A stretch of DNA of 64,000 bases from Enoplolaimus lenunculus (taxonomy: Eukaryota), in the NCBI GenBank assembly GCA_030248215.1, contig JASANG010003345.1:434001-498000 (forward strand), written 5' to 3'. This document shows, piece after piece, positions 13,501 through 25,942 of this stretch (position 1 is the stretch's first letter; every line of letters begins with the position of its first letter). Both the position numbers and the translations under genes were made by a program. The notes below the pieces were generated by a model that ran no database searches, was not told the DNA's origin, and was given only the letters and a program-made list of their open reading frames with translations.

Positions 13501-15647
13501 ATAATTTTTAGTTGTGTGTCTCAGAGTTGTATGATACCTGTGACAGATTTTAAATTTAGTAAAAATTATATTCAAAATTTAATAACCACAGAAGCTACTA
13601 AAAGGACAGTTAAAATAATTTTTCGAAGAGATACTTAAAAAACGTGATTTTGGCGTTTTTGAATGCAATCGCTAAAAGAAATTGATCCTGCTATTATTGT
13701 TTGTGGAATGTATCATAATCTTTTTTCGCTGTACCTTTGTTTGTTTTTAGACAAATTATTGTGCGAAATTAGTGGAAGTTATGGCTTTAGTGTGTATAAC
13801 GGGCGTGCAATTTCTGTCATTTATTTTCATCTGAAAATATTAATATAAAGAAACTTTTTATTTATAATGAACAATGAGGACGGAAAAACTAAATGCTTTG
13901 GTCAGGAATTCAGAAGAACTTTTTTGATATTTAGCGGTTACTACGGTAAGGTGGTACCAAACCAATTTTCAGTCTTAACAGATATTTTTCATCTGAAAAT
14001 TGTATCTCAAACTACGCAAATTGTTACTGCCTATGTCTTTGATAACTATTTTGGATAACAAGTTTGTTACCAGCAAACCCGCAGGGAATTCACCTTGCTA
14101 GGAAGGATGAAAATGTTCCAAGATAGACATACTAGGGTTTACGGTGACTTGCAACTAAGGTTGAAAGTTTTTTAGAGCACTGAGCCACCCTAGCCGTCCT
14201 GTGGCTACTGTAAACCGTAATTAGAGAATGTCAATGTCAATTATTTCTAATTATAGCGCATAATGACTCCATGACCAAATAATTTGAGTTTGAAACTACA
14301 TTTCTATGTATAACCTTGCATTATCGCTCAAGCTATCCACACAAGACAATTATAAGTTTAATTCAGCGGACAGTTGTAATACCGGATATATTTCTGTAAC
14401 GAAGGGTGGCGGAGCGTGGGTTATAAATAAATAACAGTCCGTAACCGAATAATAGGGGGGTAGTCACCCCTCTTATTCGGGTCACTACAGTAATAGTTTA
14501 AATCAATACATTTCTTCACTGCAAGAAATGGTGGGTCAAATTGACTTTCTTCGAAATAGGCTTTTGCGGACTACACAAACAGTCAAAATTCGCCTCCGCC
14601 AGCGTCAAATTAGACTCAATGAGTCGCTCAGTGAGTAGAATTTGACTATGGCAGGGTCGAATTTGACTCAGTTTGTGTAGTCCGGAAAAACCTATTTCGG
14701 AAAGAATCAATTCGACTCACAATGTTTTGCAGTGTTGTGACATTACAGCTATACGTTAGTGTCAACAACAGATTTTAATTGCTTAAATTTGAATAGCAAG
14801 TTTTCTTTTGAAAAAGTTTAAATCTTAACGTTCAATGAATTTTTTACCAGCCGTGTTTGAGGGATACATTAAAATTTAGTTTATCCTTTTTTCCAAAACG
14901 TCAGACATTTTTGTGTATAGGGAGCCAATTGCGTTTGAAGATTAGCAAAAAAGCACAAACTAAAATTCAAGCAGATCAATTGATTCTTTTAATATCGAGT
15001 TTCTGGCACTTGTATATTTCGTTCTGCCACAAACCATCAATCTTTCACACGTAATGTGCTAGAATAACAAAATGTATTTAGGCTTACGATTAGACTTAGG
15101 TTTAGGTTTAGCTTTAAGCATTTAAGCTTAAGCTTCTTACACTTTGGATCGTATTCTCAAGTGTGTGTAGCGCCTATCACAAGTTGGTGATAGGTCTTGT
15201 AACTTTCGAACCAGTGAATGCTGAAGCTCAAAATTCAAAACATTTTTCGCATATGACTTGCTCCTGCCGTACCAATGTGTGAGTTCAAGAACTGCAGTGA
15301 GTTTGAAAACCTATTACTAAACTGATGATAGTTGCTCCTACACATTTGAGATTATGGGGACACTTGGCCAAGGGTTAGGCTTAGGCGTCGGGGATGGAAA
15401 ATGAGATATGTATCAACCGAATTTCATTCTATTAAACAATTTGGGGTTTTATTTCAATGAATCATTTGTATGATTTTATTTCGAGTCTTCATATTGTAAA
15501 GGAATTTTTAGTAAATTACATACTGAAGTATAATTTTCACTCATAGCTTAACTGAATGCATTAACTTCAATTCGATAGCAGCACTTGTATTAAAGTATTC
15601 TTGAATCTAAACCGTTTATTTATTAGTAAGATTGCGAGCAAATACTT

Positions 15648-18600
15648 ATGACTCGTCAAACGAAACGCGCTGGAGCTGCCGTTACAGTTTCGTTCAGCTT
15701 GCTTGTGCTGTGTATTTTCCTAGTACTTAAAAAGGGCAATGATGTTCCTCAGGGTGAGTATGGAACGTTTTAGTTTTTTACCCCTGTAAAGATCAGGGGC
15801 GGAATGTTTTTCGGCGCGACTGCAATAAAGTAAGCTTAAGCTTTAGACTTTTTTTTTTCTTAGGCTAAGGCTTAGTTACGTTTTCCGTATGTGTAAGCTT
15901 ATTCTTGCAGTTTGGCTTAGGCTTTAGGCTTAGGAAAAGGCTTGTACTAACTGTTATGCTTGTGTTCATGACATTGGCCTCATTTCTATTAGATAAGTGC
16001 CTTTGATGACAGTCTTAAGTTTATGCTGAGAATTATGCTAGTCTCAGGCTCGGTATTATCAAGAGTGGATGATCACTCTTTATAACAAGAGTGTGCAACT
16101 GGGTACATTATGTGTATTAAAGAATGTACCAGCACGTGTTGCTTTTTGGCCTACCCCCTCAATCAGGGGGGGGGGTTAAGCAAGAGATTAACAGTATGCT
16201 TCAGTAAACCTACCCCCCCTAAACAACGGGGAGGGTTACAATTTCCTCCTTTACTAGAATATAAAACTGCATAAAGACCCCTAAACAAGGGGGGTAGACC
16301 AAAAACGCAACACGTCCGGGGTACATTCTTTAATACACAGAATGTACCCAATTGCACACTCTTGTTATAAAGAGTGATCATACAGCTTTGTTCCAAACAC
16401 GCTTGTTTGAAAGCGAAAAAACTCTGTCACATAAACTTTTTTACGCTACTTCGACATCAATATTTAACACTATAGAAAAACACGAAGAGCGTTTTGCCAT
16501 TTTGCTTAGGCTTAGCCTTAGCTTGACCCTAGAGTCTTTCGCTGACATTTAGACTTAGGCTCAGTATTATGCTTAGTGTAATGGTGCGTCCCTAAAATTA
16601 ACATTTGTATCCGTTATTTATGCGCTTGTTTATCCAATGGTCACAATTGTTTGTTTTATGTTTTAAAATTTTCAGCAAATGACCAACGTGATAAACGTCA
16701 AGTGATATCTGGCGGAAATCAACCGTTAGGTAAGTCATCACAGGTCGCGAGTGCAATGTTTTTTCAGGTTCAAACTTTCAAAAACTATAAATAAAATTGA
16801 CTTGGAGTTATTAAAATTAGCTAAGATCGCGAGCGTGGGATACTCTGATCTTTAAAGCCCGATTCACACGTACAAGTTTTTGCTGCGAGTCCTTGCAGCT
16901 GCAAATTGCACGCAAAACTTGCATTTTTTTCATCAGCCAATGAGAAAGCGGCCGCAATAAAATTCAGTGAACTTGCCATAGTTGTTCGCACATGTGAACT
17001 ATATTCCTAGGTATGATTTTTTAATGAATTATTTGCAGCTGCAAGTTTTCGAACGGGATTTTAGACAAAATTTGCAAGTTGCTGCTGCAATTTCTCGCAG
17101 GGAAAACTTGCACTTGTGAATAAGGCTTAAGACTTTTTTGCTATATGAACGTAGTAAAAATGAACTTTTTGAGAACTTTGACAATATCTGGTGATAAATG
17201 GTTTATACATAAATTTTGGCGAAACGGTTAAGTACTTATTTAGTAAAATTAACTAAACTAAAGAAACAGAAAAATTTTGTATTGCTAGCTCATGTAAAGA
17301 TCAGGGGCGCAGCGTTTTGCAGGACTGTAATAGTGTAACCTTAAGCATTAGACTAATTTTTTACTTTAGGCTTCGGCTAGACTTAGGTATAAGCGCATTT
17401 GTGCGCTTAAAATCAAACTTACGTTCAGGCTTAGACTTAAGAATATGCTTATACTACCGTTACGGCCTTGTTTTATATATTAGAAGTATTGCTATAATAT
17501 TTGAAGCAGGCAACCTAACGTTTTGTTGTACAATATTAAAAAATTACATGACCAATTACTTTTGTTTGCGCAGCTGGTCCGCATCTACAGGGAATCAAAG
17601 GGATCGCCGCCTATCCATAGGTCCCCAGAAACGTATTTTCCGAAACTTTACCCAAAATTTAGTTCCACGGCAATTTTATGTAAATGTCGAATAAAATTCC
17701 AGGAGGCTACTGCTCAACGCTAAACAGGGTACCGTTTATTAATCCTCAAAACAACATCGCTCAAGGATGTCCTGGCAATCGTGGATGTCCTTCGGGCTAT
17801 TCTTGTGAAACTTCGACGACGAACCAGTTCCTTTGTTGCGGTCCAATTGGTCGTCTCACTACTACAGGGTTGACTTATTATCGCGATCGAAACGGTCGAT
17901 TTCTCAGCTGTGGAAGCACTGCAAGCTCGTGTCCGGGCGCTGCTCGATGCGTCCCCACGTTCGGCGTCGGTCGTCAATTTATGTGCGCTGTCAGTGGTGG
18001 ATTTCCAATCAATCCAAATGTGGGCAACACATGCCCTCTCAATTATACTCCACGTTACATCAACGGACAACCACAGACATGCGCTATTAATCTTGCCGGC
18101 AGTTGTTCGCCACCGTTCGCGTGTGTTCAATCGTCGAATGGACGCACGTTTCTGTGTTGCCGTCCTACTATTTCTACCAATTTGTGCCCTGGCAATCAAC
18201 GAACCTTAATTGTAGGCGGTCAAACGCAATACTGTAACGTCCTGGGTCAGCCATGCGCTGCCCAAGGCTATACGTGCCAAAACGCTATGGCAGGCGGCCA
18301 GCGAATTTGTTGTGGTTTTGGCGAACTGGTCAATCAGCTGCGGTGTGCAAGCGGACAGCAGCCGTATTTGCTCGGCATTAATCCGTTTTATTGCACACCT
18401 CAAGCTGGTAATTGCCCGTCAGGCTACACTTGTGAGCTAGCGTCGACAGGGCAATATATTTGTTGTGCTGGCGCTGTGTCTGGTCAATGTCGAGACGGTA
18501 CTGCAGCTGAACCTGGAGTTTGCAGTCTCAATGGACCACTGACTCAATGTGGTTCTGGGTACGTATGTCAACAAACGGGATCGCCAGGTCGTGTTGCGTG

Positions 18601-19324
18601 TTGCCGCGAACCATTCTGTCCCCAGGGTGGAGTCTTCTACCCAGGAGCATCCTGCTCAGCGGCTAATTTGAACAGTTGTGGCGTGGGAAGAACTTGCGAG
18701 CAAACGTCGCCTGGTGTTTACGATTGTTGCGAACCTGGTAATATTCCAGGACGGTGTCGATCTGATAATTCAGCCGCAGACGGGCAATGTTCGCGTGTCG
18801 GTGCAGATTCTGAGTGTAGGGCTGGATTCTTTTGTGTCGCGACTGATAATAACGTACCAGGGTGTTGCCCTGGCGACGCACCTGGGCAGTGCCCATCAGG
18901 ATCACTGGAGCCAAACAACGCGTTATCTTGTGTTTCGGATAACGACTGTGGAATTGGGTACACATGCCAAGCGACTGATAACGGTATCCGAGGATGTTGT
19001 GGCGGTGGTGGTGGCGACCCAAACTCGTGTGCAAACAACGAGTTGCCCGATCTTCAAAACGGACAACCACGGCAGTGTAATCCAGCGAATCCGTCGTGTC
19101 GTCAAGGCTACTTGTGCCTTGACAATGGCGACGGATCGCGTACGATTTGCTGTCGCGGCCCCCGTTGTCCGGGCGGAAATACGATCGGAAGTGGTCCCGA
19201 CGGCAATCCGTTGCCGTGTACGCTCGGAGGAACCGAATGCCCAAGTGGTCAAACGTGCCGGACGTCGTCGAATTATCCAGACCGAGATATTTGTTGTCCG
19301 ACCAATCGACGAGTATTTTTTTAA
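15648..19324 (+). CDS. Secreted cysteine-repeat protein B (WR1/Lustrin-type Cys modules); predicted exons 15648-15753, 16676-16729, 17703-19324 (~593 aa)
   Basis: Hydrophobic N-terminus (VSFSLLVLCIFLVL). A 54-nt exon after a TTTTCAG acceptor encodes RDKR|Q (furin-like site). Phase-1 GT-AG introns. The 546-aa ORF 17684-19324 has about 11 six-cysteine modules ending in CC. Confidence 0.85.
16069..16381. mobile_element. Foldback/MITE with ~90-bp terminal inverted repeats in intron 1 of gene B
   Basis: ATGATCACTCTTTATAACAAGAGTGTGCAA... mirrored at the right end. Confidence 0.75.
16856..17127. mobile_element. PIF/Harbinger (Tourist)-like MITE
   Basis: TIR AGCCCGATTCACACGTACAAGTTTT/AAAACTTGCACTTGTGAATAAGGCT; TAA on both flanks. 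Confidence 0.7.
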
Positions 19325-20235
19325 TTTTAGGCAAAACAGAGAGTTATTTATTTTCATTTGTGTTGTTTTATATATTGTTGATTGAAATTTGACAAAATAT
19401 TTTTTGCCAAAATTAAACCGTTGGACAAATATTTCAGGTTGATTTCTGAACTTGTCAATTGTGTGTTGCACAAATCGCCTGGTAGATAGAATTTTGCACA
19501 CACACCGTCATCTGCGGATTTCAACCAATTAACAAAAAGGACAAATCAAATGCCGTAATCGTGTCAAATTTTGAATGGCTAACTAGAAAGTTATATCTAT
19601 CCACCAACTGGTGATAGGTGTTTTACACGTATTTAATAAGTATAGACAGTTACGCAGTTAATTGAAAGTCGTCCAATTATTCGGTAATCAAAATAATTGT
19701 TGTTATCCAAACAATTAACCACTATTCTCATTTGACTGCAGCACAACGAGCTGTATTTTTGAACATTTTTGTCAGTTTTCATGAGTGAAATTTGTTTACA
19801 AAAGTAATTTGTGCAAAAGCTGGAACGGTACGGAAGTTTTTTAAAGTCAAATTTTTGGCTAAAATCCGTGGTCAAAATTAAAATGATCCGCAACAAATTC
19901 GGTTACAGAATTAGGTGTTTAGTTGACTAAATATAGATGTAACAATTAAAATGCTTGTACAGGCAATACTTTTGTTAGAAAGCTTGTATTGGTCTCGCCT
20001 CAAAATTGGAATTAGCAACATTTTAAGGCAACAAAAGTTGTTGATGGCAAGAATTGCTTTTTAAGCACTGAAAGAATTATATGTTGGCTAAAATGCTCAT
20101 AGCAAAATTGTTGCTAAAAACATTTTTGCCAACATATAATTCTTTAAATGCCTAAACGTTTACTGGTACCATTTGTGTTGATTAATTCGCATTGCGCTCC
20201 AAATGTTGTTAAAGGCAAAAATGCTCTTTAGGCAT

Positions 20236-20850
20236 TTGAAGAATTATATGTTGGCAAAAATGTTTGTAGTAAGATTGAAGAATTATATGTTGGCAAAAAT
20301 GTTTGTAGTAAGATTGAAGAATTATATGTTGGCAAAAATGTTTGTAGATTATTGTTGCAAAAAGATTGAAGAATTATATGTTGGCAAAAATGTTTGTAGT
20401 AAGATTGAAGAATTATATGTTGGCAAAAATGTTTGTAGTAAGATTGAAGAATTATATGTTGGCAAAAATGTTTGTAGTAAGATTGAAGAATTATATGTTG
20501 GCAAAAATGTTTGTAGTAAGATTGAAGAATTATATGTTGGCAAAAATGTTTGTAGTAAGATTGAAGAATTATATGTTGGCAAAAATGTTTGTAGTAAGAT
20601 TGAAGAATTATATGTTGGCAAAAATGTTTGTAGTAAGATTGAAGAATTATATGTTGGCAAAAATGTTTGTAGTAAGATTGAAGAATTATATGTTGGCAAA
20701 AATGTTTGTATAGATTAAGAATTATATTGGCAAAAAGAATTATATGTTGGCAAAAATGTTTGTAGTAAGATTGAAGAATTATATGTTGGCAAAAATGTTT
20801 GTAGTAAGATTGAAGAATTATATGTTGGCAAAAATGTTTGTAGTAAGATT
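20236..20850. repeat. 39-bp minisatellite (GATTGAAGAATTATATGTTGGCAAAAATGTTTGTAGTAA)n, ~15 copies
   Basis: Direct inspection; partial forward copy near 20070 and an inverted copy near 20118-20146. Confidence 0.95.
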
Positions 20851-21708
20851 ATTGCTATAAACGTTTCTGCAAGATATAATTCTCGAAATGTCCAAACGTT
20901 TAGGTATCACTGGTATGAATTAATATGGCGCTCATTGGTGTATATACCAATAAATCATTATAACAGCTGTAAATATAAACATGTGTGTATCAAGATAAAT
21001 TCGTTGCTAAATATATTGAACTAAAAATATTTACACTAGTAAAACGTGGCTGTTTTAATATTTTCAACGATAGCATTATGATGCTAACGAAATATGCAAG
21101 AATTGTTCTGATTTTCTGTTAAATTTTTAGCCCATGTTACTTTTAGGGTTGTCCAGGTTTCTGATGGGTCCATAAACGTATCCATTGGCCCAATTTTTTA
21201 TCAAATTTTTGCACAGAAAAATGTTAATTTAGCTTCTGAAACATATTTTATTTGCATAATTGATTTTTATAACCTGACCATAACAGTAATAAAAGCATGT
21301 TCCTAAGCCTAAGCCTAAACGTAAGCCTAAGCGCAACAAAGAGCTTATACTTAAACCTAAGCCTGAGCTACTGGAACAAAGCCCAAATTAAATCGTAGGC
21401 GTTGGCAGCTTTATTTAAATATGCCAAACCAACAAGCTACTGATTTGAAATTGTAAGCGATCATGTTTCAGGCCTCAAATGAGCCATATTATGGTGTGAT
21501 CAAGAAATGACAATATGCATTAATATACTGCGACGTTAAAATTGGCAATTAAATTGCAATAATTTACACATCTTATTGCTAAAAATGTTATATTATCCAC
21601 TCAATAAATAGTATTTCTTTATTATTAGTAATTAATCTGCGTATTTTCAAGCAGAAACAATTTACATTGGTCAAGAATGATAAACAGCTTGTTTAAAGTC
21701 GATGACAA

Positions 21709-21929
21709 GGGCCATATACTCGAATTTGTGTAGCATCTATCAACATTTGGCGATAGGTCTTGTAACTTTCAACGCAGCAATTTGGAAGCTCACAATTTAG
21801 TACATTTGTCGCATACGATTTGCTCTATTCGTGTACAAATTTTAAGTTCAACAGCTGTAAATAGTTAATGAGTTGAAATCCTATTACTAACTGAACACAG
21901 TTGCGCATACACAATTGAAAATATAGGCC
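21709..21929. mobile_element. GGCC-ended MITE family (related copies ~7785-8270, ~15146-15361, ~28770-28958)
   Basis: Ends GGCCATATACTC/AAATATAGGCC; shared C(C/T)TATCACCAG and TGATAGGT internal motifs. Confidence 0.55.
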
Positions 21930-24444
21930 GAGGTTTGAAGGCGTGTTTCGCTAAACCCAGCTGATGATCAGCAGTGCTTGGGGCTAAAGCAGGTTTCTGC
22001 AACGCATTCAGCGTTAGAACTGAAGATTCTTTTTTGAATTTAAGTGTTTGAAACAATTGTTAATATTTTGTCTGAAAAGCGGGTTCGGAATTACTTACAA
22101 ATTTTAAATATATATATACATCTGTTATTTCGGATTTCGGTCTGTGTAAAGATCAGTGGCGGAACTTTTTCTGCGTAACTGCAATGGAGTATTAAGTTTT
22201 AAAGCTTTATGCAATTTTGGGCTTAGGCATAAGTATAAGCTTACGTATAAGCTCTCATTCTTACGCTTTAGGCTTGGGTTTAGGCTTAGGCTTAGGAACG
22301 TACTTATGCTACTGTTACGACCCTGTTCTATGCATTGGCCCAGATTTCTGACTTGCTGCAGAGTTACTTTCGTTTGCAATCAGCCAAATCTTAAGTTTAA
22401 TGTAGAACCTGCGCCTATAGGTAAACATATGTTTAATCCTGTATATGAAAACCAATATGTTCAGTCGTAACAATATCTCGTTGGCTTTAGCTCATACTTG
22501 ACTTGCCTATTTCCGTCTCTGTGTAGCATCTAACACCAGTTGATAATAAATTGTAGATTAACGTTTGAACTTAAAAATGATTGGCTTTCAAATTGAGCCC
22601 ATTTTTAGGTTAAACCTATCTTCCTACAGTGCGTGTATTTAGTTTCGCAACTCATGGAGATTTCCTGTTTGAATTTATTCAACGGCAGTTGGATATGTAT
22701 ACAGATAAATATGTACACCCCTACAACAAATGGTTTACATAAACCAAAAATTTCAGTTTGGCAACAATAAATCTTGTACTTCAGCGCAGCTTGGAACGCC
22801 TGCAATCAAGTCTGACGCTGAAATTTAAAAATCGCCGCAATATAAAGTGAAACGCCGGACGTCTCGCTTTTAAGAATGCTAAATTACAACTGCGCAAATA
22901 GTAATTTATTGTGGTTAATTTTGTGTTAATTTGGATAGTATCGTGTGCAAAAATGTAGCTTTGAAATTTACGTAAAAACATAATAACGTATTTTCGGCGT
23001 TTTTTTTGGTGAAAGATTGATACTATTTATCTAATAGCAAATTACCTACACATTTTGTAAGTTCAATTTTGCTGTTCATTTATTAATATTAAGCTTAAAA
23101 GACAAATTTTTTTCAAAATTTTCGGCCTACATTCTCAAGTATTATATTTTATCAAAGTCGCGTACGAAAAACAATAGGAAAACTTGTAGTATATATAATT
23201 TTAATTATTTTGACTTTTAAGTTTTCTAAAATCTGCAATTTTGCTTCGTACACTTAAACATGAATGGCTTGCAGCTCTTCGGTCGTCTTCAACTGTGCGT
23301 AGGTACTTTGAGATAGAAGCAGGCGCGTTGCAATAGCTTGACGTACAAGGAACTCGAACAATTTTATAGGTAGAATTAATTAAAGGTGTGTACACCAAGT
23401 TTGTTGTTAATTGAGTAATTCCTTTTTAAGGTGGAAACTATTTTGGTAACATAAGCTGTAATAAACATTACTGGGGTCAGATAATTTTGAAAAGCGTTTA
23501 ATAGGCAATTAACAGGGCGTTATATTTGGTGCCTAATTTATATTGTTGCGTTTGTTTTGGAATGTCATAGTTACAATTTTGGAATATTTGCAAATATTTT
23601 GCAAATACTGACCGTAGTAAAATAAACATGAGAGCAAAACATTTATACATATCACGTTCAAGCATATTAATACAATAAACTGCGGGTCTGGAGTTAGGCT
23701 CGCATGCAAGCTATGTGACGTTCACCTTGAAAATTTTTTGGGCGCATGTAAAGATCAAGGCGCGGAACGTTTTTCTGTGGAACTGCAATAAAGTAAGCTA
23801 AAGATTTCGACTCATTTTTTGCTTAGGCTTAAGCTTAGGGACATGGTTGTGCTACAGCTGCGGCACTGTTTCACATATTAGCCACAAATTTTTGCCCATA
23901 TCACTTTAAAGCTGCATGCAGGTAAACCTGATTTGCAGTGACAATTACAGAGCTTGTATATTTGTGTACGAAATTTATTTTCATTTTTTAGGCTAAATAT
24001 CACTAAGATTAGTTTAGTTATTAACACTGTTTAGAGGATAACCGTTATGAAAGAGCTAATGTGACCTGTACCTTTAAAAAATAGTAATGAAAATTTTGAC
24101 ATTACCCGTAGAACCCAAAGGCTATTGTTCAAAGCACAGATTCAAGTCAAAATTGTTGTTATCGTTGTTTATCAGCCATTTTACCACTCGCAATGGCAAC
24201 ACAGTGTGGACCCTGTTTTTCTTAAAACACCATAGGACAGGCTAAATTTGAAAATCAACGCTCAAATTCGTCTTCGTTGTGTTTGCTTTTTTCAAATTTT
24301 ATCCAACAAGGCTTACGTAGTTTGACATTAGAAAATCTATGAATCAAGCACAGCACAATAACGTATAATCCTGAATAAACTGAAAGACTAGTACGGACAA
24401 CTCACGTATGTTATGAAAATGTAATACAACACTATTGTGGCCCT

Positions 24445-24649
24445 CACTGCAAAAATGGTGAGTCAAATTGACTCTCTCCGAAATAGGCTTTTCCGGACTA
24501 CACAAACTGAGTCAAATTCGGCTCCGCCAGAGTCAAATTCGACGGTTAGTTTAATTTTTAGTCTGGTGGAGTCGAATTTTGACTCAGTTTGCGTTGTCCG
24601 GAAAAGCCTATTTCCGAGAGAGTCAATTTGACTCACCATTTTTGCAGTG
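24445..24649. mobile_element. Palindromic CACTG-ended MITE family (~205 bp; CMC/EnSpm-like); other copies 1191-1390, 8396-8603, 14517-14734, degenerate ~52200-52354
   Basis: CACTGCAAAAATGGTGAGTCAAAT...ATTTGACTCACCATTTTTGCAGTG; internal GAGTCAAAT/ATTTGACTC repeats; TA on both flanks of the 8396-8603 copy. Confidence 0.8.
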
Positions 24650-25536
24650 TATGGCAAACCGGTTCATCAGGTGTTGCTGGATTATTTGTGAATTTTGCAT
24701 GTTTTAGGGCTACTGTAATAAATTTGTTTTTCAACAATTAAAACTTTGAATCTAAAAATTAGATTTTCCAGGAATATACTTAGGGACATCCGGATAGAAT
24801 TTAGTACTAAGGTTTCAATGATATGTTACTGATTTAGGTTTGTGATATACTATCGTACGATGCAGCTGGTTTGTCAAAAAGTATATATAACGCCACCAAT
24901 GAATAAAATGTTAGTCTCTGTCGTGCATTTTATCTTGTGCCCACCATGTGAAAATTAGAAGCACCATTTACCAACTACGGTTGTGAAAAAATAATAAAAT
25001 TGAAAATATGATTTGAATACTGTTTCAATTTTCCACCCCTACAAATGTTTAAAATCTGACTAATCAATCAATAAGATCAATTGAAATCCGTATACTGCCA
25101 GTGATTGTATAAATAATAGAAAATGAACATTGAAACAGGTTTCATATTTCATTTTCGTTTCGAATTCAAATTTCAATTGGCTTAATGTGAAATAGAAGAA
25201 AAGTTTTAGTTTTATGCAAATAACATAGTTTCTGCCATCTACAACCCAAGTTTTGTTCTTCAATTTCTTACTAGACATTTTGGTTGTTTTAAAATAAATT
25301 TTCCTTTTGTTACCAAAAATTTCTTATCACTTTTCTAATGTTTTTAGCAACCGTTTCTATTTCCCATCGCTACAACTTTAAATATCGAAACTGGTAAATT
25401 TGCAACCAAAATGTACGTTTTAACTTTCGTATACGATTTATAAAATGCGTCAATTTTCCAACTGGCCGGATTTGATTTTAATTTCCATTTGCTATTTTTT
25501 CATAACCGTTGAATACGCCGTGAAATCGCATTAGCT

Positions 25537-25942
25537 GGACAGCGTCTCACATTTCCAAACCGAATGCGCTAAGTTGTTCTAAGTTAAGCTGTATCATATA
25601 GAGCCCTTCACAAAAATTTTGCAGTGGATGCAATGGGGCTCGAAACCACGAAGTGTACGAATTACCGGTCCGCTACTCAAAATAAGGAGCTAAGCAGCCA
25701 TGGTCAACTTTTCGCGACAATGACTCAAGTTTTGGTACTACAAAATACGAATATGAATACGACGCGAAATTGCAAGAGTCGGAGAGCGTTTCTCGCATTT
25801 CCAAACTGATTCCGCTAAGTAATTCTATTAAGTTAAGCAGTACCATATAGAGCGCTTCACGAAAATTTTGCTGCGGATGCTGTGTTGCTCAAACCCACGA
25901 AGTACGGATTAGCGATCCGGTACTCAAACCACTAAGCTACAC
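25537..25942 (-). mobile_element. Two tandem copies of a tRNA-derived SINE-like repeat (~25537-25700, 25781-25942)
   Basis: Minus-strand head GTGTAGCTTAGTGG...GGGTTTGAGC resembles Pol III A/B boxes; the following body is shared by both copies. Confidence 0.5.

Noticed and set aside
17720..19501. Long overlapping and antisense ORFs over gene B (also over gene A, gag and pol)
   Set aside because: Shadow frames of GC-richer coding sequence.
20203..20718. ORFs of 115-171 aa with 13-aa repeats in three frames
   Set aside because: By-product of a 39-bp (multiple-of-three) minisatellite; no splice or codon evidence.
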